64,000 bases of DNA from a virus. Under the pieces are notes generated by a model, which was not told the origin of the DNA, did not search any database, and was given only the letters and a program-made list of their open reading frames with translations. Position numbers and translations under genes: made by a program. The stretch is from positions 32,001 through 96,000 of the IMG/VR virus record IMGVR_UViG_3300046535_000406. One strand, written 5' to 3'. Each line of letters begins with the position of its first letter. The stretch's first letter is position 1. Shown here one piece after another: positions 20,601-26,600 of the stretch.

Positions 20601-23600
20601 ACGAGGGCCTTCTGCCCATCGGCGCTGATCGAGGCGATCAGGGCGGGCTTGTTGTCGAGGGTGTGCACCATGTCGCCGGGCTTCAGCGACGTGATCGCCT
20701 TCACGATCGGCTTCAGCTGGTCCGCGAGGAAGTAGCTCGTCACGCTCGGGAACTTCACGTAGAACGTGCCGCCCGCCACGGCATCGATCACCGTGCCGAT
20801 CCCATAGGTCGCGTGGAGCACGGTGTCGCCGATCGCGAACGCTGCCGGGGCGACCGAGGCGACCGCCGCCACGTCGGTCAGGTCGTTCAGCAGCGAATGG
20901 ACGAGGCCGATGGTGTTGGGGCGGCTGAGTATCCAGCCACCGAGCACGCTCGACGGCTTCAGCCCGGCAGCCGTGAGCATCTGCTTGGTCTTGTCGCCCA
21001 GCACGTTCATAACCGCGTCATCGATGCGGACCGCGAGGTGGTTGACCCCGTACAGGGCGGGGTTCTGCATCACGCCCGCGAAGTATTGGAGTTGCCCCAC
21101 CAGCGCCGCCGCCACGTCAGGCTCGCTTACGTTCTCGCCGGTGATCACTTGGTTCAGCCGGAGGTTGCCGTTGGGCGACGTGTCCCAGTAGAACTCCACG
21201 TCGCCGCCCTTGCTGGTCGTCCACACCTGCTTCTGCGGGTGCGACTTCAGGTCAGGGCCGTCAGGCGTCGGGATGCCGGTCCCGGTGCCGTTGACGAAGT
21301 TGTACGCCTCGTGCTGGTCGAAGCCCCACTTCTCGCCGATGCCCGTGGTGCCTTGGGCCGACAGCTTGTTCGGCGTGGCCGTGACCACGTGGCCCAGCGT
21401 CTGATCGAGCGACTTGGCCTGCGCAGCAGGGTGCATGGCAGCCGTGGTGATCCCGGGTGGCGGCAGCAGTGACGTGATCGAGACGTTCTGGTCGGTGGCC
21501 TTCCGGAGCAGCTGAAGCTGCGGAGCGTCAAGCCGCCACGAGCCACCCTCGCTCTTGCTGCCGAGCACGGTGAACAGGTCCGCCAGCTTGGCCGTCTCGG
21601 TGGTGGAGACGGTGACTTCGACCTCCATGCCCTTGTCGGCCTGTCGCAGGATTTCCTTCAGCAGGATCGCCCGGCGCGTCTCGATGCCGGTGACCTTCCA
21701 CTCGGGCACGCCCATGCGGACGAAGCTGCTGGCCGCGTTCGGGTAGAACAGGTTGATGGGCTGATCGGTGGTGCCGATCTTCCAGTGCACGCTGCTCAGG
21801 ACTTCGTCCGGTGCCTTGCCTTCGCTGACGAACAGCGAGGTGTCCCATGCGGGCTTGGCGACGCCGTACGTCTCGAAGAACGGGTCCGCCGGAGCCTCCA
21901 CGCCATGGGTGGCGAAGTGCGTTGGCGTGTTCGTGCCGACGATCTGTCCCACGGCGATGGTCGGGTCAGCCGGTCCCAGCTTGGCCGCGAGGGTGTCAGT
22001 GACAGCCGGTGTCAGTGTCAGTGTCGGGGCGTCAGCCGACAGGGCGGTGGGATCGGCCATGATCTTGGCGACCTTCACCGCATCGCCGTTGCCGATCAGC
22101 AGGGTCTTGCCGAAGCCGGGCACCTCGCCCGGGATGCCCAGCAGGGCGAAGTCAGCCTTGCCGAAGCCCATGGAGCCCTCGATCGAGAGGTCCCAGCCCT
22201 TGGGCAGGTTGGTCACCATGGCGAGCATCGCGTTGGCCCGAAGCTGGGCCATGGCCGGATCAGCCGCCGCCACCAGCACGCCGCTGTCGTTCTTGAACGC
22301 CGTCAGCACCCAGCGACGTGTCTTGGCCGCTTCGTCGTCGCGGAAGAACACCGAGGACGTGCCATCTGGTCCGCCCGGAAGCTCGACCTTCATCAGCCCG
22401 GTCGGCATCGAGGTGGGCGTCCAGACGCCAGCCGATGCCTCAGCGATCTGGGGGTCGTACCCCAGTTGCTCGTGGAGGAACGGCGATCCGCCACTCACGT
22501 CATCGGGGGACATGCCCAGCAGGCGGGCAGGCGGCTCGGTGATCGGAGGCGCGACCGGCGGCAGGCCAGCCTGTTCGAGGTAGGAGTCGAGCACCTTGGT
22601 GTCGCGGGAGTCGGGCTTGTCGTAGCGCAGCAGGACCGGGCGCACCTCGGACGGAGTGCCCAGTCTTACGCTGTACGTCTCCTTGATCGTCTTGGCCCAC
22701 GCCGGACCGCCGCCTGTCCGGTGGGCCACGTAGTAGCGGGTGATCGAGCCGTTGTCGGTGGCGGTGAAGTCACCGAGGTACTTGTCAAGCTCCACGCTGA
22801 AGCCCATTTCCTCACGGGCCTCGCGCACGGCAGCCTGCGCGGTCGTCTCGTTCAGGTCCACGCCGCCCTTGGCGAAGGTGTTCTCGTAGCCCGCCCAGCG
22901 GTTGCGCGGGGAGATGATCCACATGCGGCCATCGGGCTCGACCAGCACCACGCCTGCACGGAGGCTGTGTGTGCCCTTCTTTGCCACGTCGTAGGCGTCG
23001 ATCGTGTCCAGCTGCTTCTGGCTGTAGCCCAGCGTGTCCTTCCAGAACGCATCGCTGTTGGTGTCGAGCCCACCCTTGACGGCCTTGTCCAGCGCATCGA
23101 GGTCGGCCTTGGACTTGGCCGCGTAATACTGGCTGCCGATCTTCTGCTCGAACAGGCCAGCCTTCTTTGCGGCGTCCGACTCGGCTTGGCTCCACGTGAT
23201 CGCGTACTTGGCCTCGCCCGACTGGACGGCCTCCCAGCGCAGCCACGCCTTGTCGGCGGCCTCGCGCATGTCCTTCAGCTGCCAGTCCGCCACGGCGCCT
23301 TCAGGCAGCGGAGGCTCCTCGGGCACATGGCCGGTCCAGTCAACCGGCGGCGTGTTCAGCGGAGCGATCCCTTCGACGGGGATGGGCTCCACCGTGGTGC
23401 CGGGTTCGAGCACCGGCGCCTTCTCATCGATCTTGAACGTCAGCCCGTCGAACGGCGTGTCAGGCTTTGGCGGGGCCGTGAACGACTTGAACGGGACGCC
23501 CGTGTATTGGTAGCCCGGCACGACCCCGGTGTCCGGCACGAGGTCTACGACCGAGACGTTCTCGGCCAGCCCAAGCTCCTTGCCGTCGGTGACGCGCACG

Positions 23601-26600
23601 ATCCGCCAGCGCAGGTTGCGCGGCAACTGGACCTGATAGGTGGCCTCGCCTGCGCTGAGCCGGAAGCCCTTGGGCACGTGCATTCGCTGGACCACCCCGC
23701 CGGGGATCGCGAAGTTGTACGCCTTGTTGCCGCTGCTCGTGGCGAACGGGATGGCCTTGTCCACGTAGCTGTCGCCGACCTTGCCCAGCGCGCCCGCCTT
23801 CAGGCTCTGGCCTCGGTACAGGATGCCCGGGGCCGTCGTCTCGGCTTGGGTGGACAGGCGGTCGTAGTAGTCGAGCAGGTCCTTGCCCTTGACCATGGTT
23901 CCATCGACCGACTGGTCGGCGACGTGCTCCCCTGCGCGAAGGGACTTGTTGATGGCGCCCGTGTCCACCGCGTTCCACTCGGCGGCGTCCGCGATGGGCT
24001 TCAGGTTCGGTTCCAGCCACCACTCGTCCTTCGGGTTCAGCAGCTGGGTGACGATGCCAGCCGAGCCCTCCGGCGCAAACTCGGCGGCGGTGGGCGCTGG
24101 CGGCAGTGGCACTTCTGGCTTGGACCACTGCGGCGTGAGCTTCTTGTCCCAGAGCGTCGCCGCAGCCGGTAGCACCTCGGTGGGCGCCTCGAACGTGCTG
24201 CCCTTGATGAGCCACACCTGCCAGTCGGTGGGCACGACGGACACGTCCTTCTTCCACAGCGTCGCCATGTTCCGGATCAGCTTGGTGGCGCCTTCGCGCT
24301 CAGCCTCGGGCAGAGCGAGCACGGCGTCGCGCACCGCCTGCGGCGTGTTGTTCTTGAAGAAGCCGGTGTCCTTGGGCTTCATCACGTCCGTCAGGTTCAC
24401 GCTCGGCAGGTCCTGCGGAGAGAAGCCCAGCAGCGGATCGGCTGGCTTGGCCGGGTAGAACTTGTCGAAGATCGCGGCCAGCTGCTTCGTCTCGGGCTGG
24501 TTCATCCCCTCGATGGCGCCCGCGAACGTCTCGGCCCATAGCTCGTGCTGGTTCGAGCGGGCGTACTTCGAGATGTGCGTCGTCTTCAGGGCAGGCCAGA
24601 GGGTTGACTTCAGCCACGGCTCCAACTCCTGCCGCACCGGCGCGTAGCGATCCGCGCCCAGCCGCGAGTGGAGGTTCATGCCCAGCCATTCGTGGCCCAT
24701 CTCGTGGGTCACCACGTCGGAGGCCCACTCGTCGGCGTTGGTCGCGATCTGGCCGCCGACGCTGAACGGGACGTTGGCCTTGTCCCGCAGGAACGCCTTC
24801 TGCAAGGCCGTCGAGTCGGTGAACATGGCGCGGTTCAGGAACACCTTGGAGCCGGGCACGTTGGGGTCGATGCGGGCCACTTCGGCGATCGTGCCCTTGC
24901 CCGGCGCGTAGGTGCGCAGCGCGACGCCACGGAAGCTGGGGATCGTGCCGAAGCGGCTGAACAGCATGTCCATGCGCTTCGCCAGCACCTTGCCGGTGTC
25001 AAACGGCACTTCGAGCAGGCCGCTCCAATCCGTGCCCGGGTAGCGGGCCTCCATGCGCGCCACAAGCTCGGACACGTTGGTGACCTCGGACACGGTCGCG
25101 CCCAGATCAGCCGGTGGCGTGTACGGGAAGGTGCCGCCGTCATCGAGCCACGCCTTCCACGCTGCGCTCGGGTGGTCGGCGATGGTGGTGCGATCTGCGA
25201 ACAGGTCCTCGACCGATTGACGCAGGTTGTGCTTGCGGCTCAGCAGGTCGGCCTTGGCGGCGTCCGTGGTGAGCGCGTCACCGACGGCGTTCAGCAACTG
25301 CTGGTCGGTGACGCCATCGAAGCGATCGAGCGTGGTCGCCACGTCCTGTGGGGTGAGGCGCAGCAGCAGGTCCGGGGAGTGGTCGATCCTGCCGAACATC
25401 GACGCATCAGCCCGCTCATAGAAGTCCGTCAGGGATGGCGTCAGGCCGGAGCCCAGCCGGTCGAAGCCGTAGCCCTTGTCGATCGCCCACACGCGCCCGG
25501 AGTCGTAGAGGTAGTTCCCGCCGTGGCCGTCGGCGTTGTGGATCAGGTAGTCAACGAGCCCGTGGCCGAACAGCTGCCGTTCCTCGTCGTGGCCCAGCAC
25601 CCGGGCCAGCGTGGCGGCGTCGGGCGCTCGGACCCAGTAGCTCTGGGCGGTGCGAGGCACGAGTGCCTGCCACGCATACCACGGGTTGTCGCCGGTGCCG
25701 AACGCGATCCGCGCAACCGGCGGAGCATCGAGGCCAAACAGGGTGGTGACGCGGGAGCCTGCGACTTCCTCCGAGACGCCGTAGGGCTTCAGCAGGAACT
25801 CCTGCCCGGTCGGGTCCTTCAGCAGGACACGCGGCGTGGTGCCCTTGCCCAGCTTGTCCGCGCTGCCCCACTTCCAGCCGGGCAGCAGGCCGCCGGTGCC
25901 CCACTTGCTCGGGTCAACGAGCACCTGCTCGGTCGGGAAGGCGCCGAACTTGGTGACCGGGAACGTAATCTCGGGCGTGTGCCACACACCCCCTTCGCGC
26001 ATCAGCGACCACGCCTCGGTGTCACCGGCCAGCGTGCCGGGAATGTAGTCGGGCCGGGTCATGGCGGTGAACGCCTCGGCCCAGAACTCCTCGTCCGAGG
26101 TGTCGGCGTAGGACTTCAGCTTCAGCAGGTTGTCGCCCCGGAAGTCAGCCTTGAACGTGTTCCAGCGATCAGCGCCCAGTCGCTGAGAGAGGCGGTTCGA
26201 CACGAGGTGGCCGTACTCGTGAGCCCATGCGTCGCCGAAGGTGTTCGAGACGGTGATCTTCCCGGCCAGCCCCATCTCGGGTTCGAGGTTGATGCGCCCG
26301 TCGCTGAAGGCTCGGCCCGCGTAGCCCACGCCGTCGCTTGACTCGATCACGGACAGCGCGCTGTTCAGGGAGCGGTCGATGCCCAGCTGGTCGAATAGCT
26401 CGGCCTTGGCTCGCAGCATGTCCCACTGGGCAGACGAGAACGCCTCGCCCGCGAGGTTCTTCATGCCCGGGAACAGGGCCATGGCGTCGGCCATGGGGTG
26501 CTCCGGCGACGGCTCGAAGGCGGTCTGGACGATGGCGTTGGCGTTGCTGACGTGCGGCTCCGCCGCAAGGGCGCGGAAGCTGGGCATCTCCGGCATCTCG

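Noticed and set aside
11520-20840. Repeat arrays as an assembly artefact or DGR target
   Set aside because: Units are strongly diverged at the DNA level, so collapse or expansion artefacts are unlikely; no reverse transcriptase or TR/VR pair was seen.
9710-26341. Long plus-strand ORFs (e.g. 9710..11701, 18230..20284, 21785..24172, 24668..26341; also 748..1878, 1862..3670, 54834..56648)
   Set aside because: Antisense shadows of high-GC minus-strand genes; Arg/Gly/His-rich low-information translations with no motifs.
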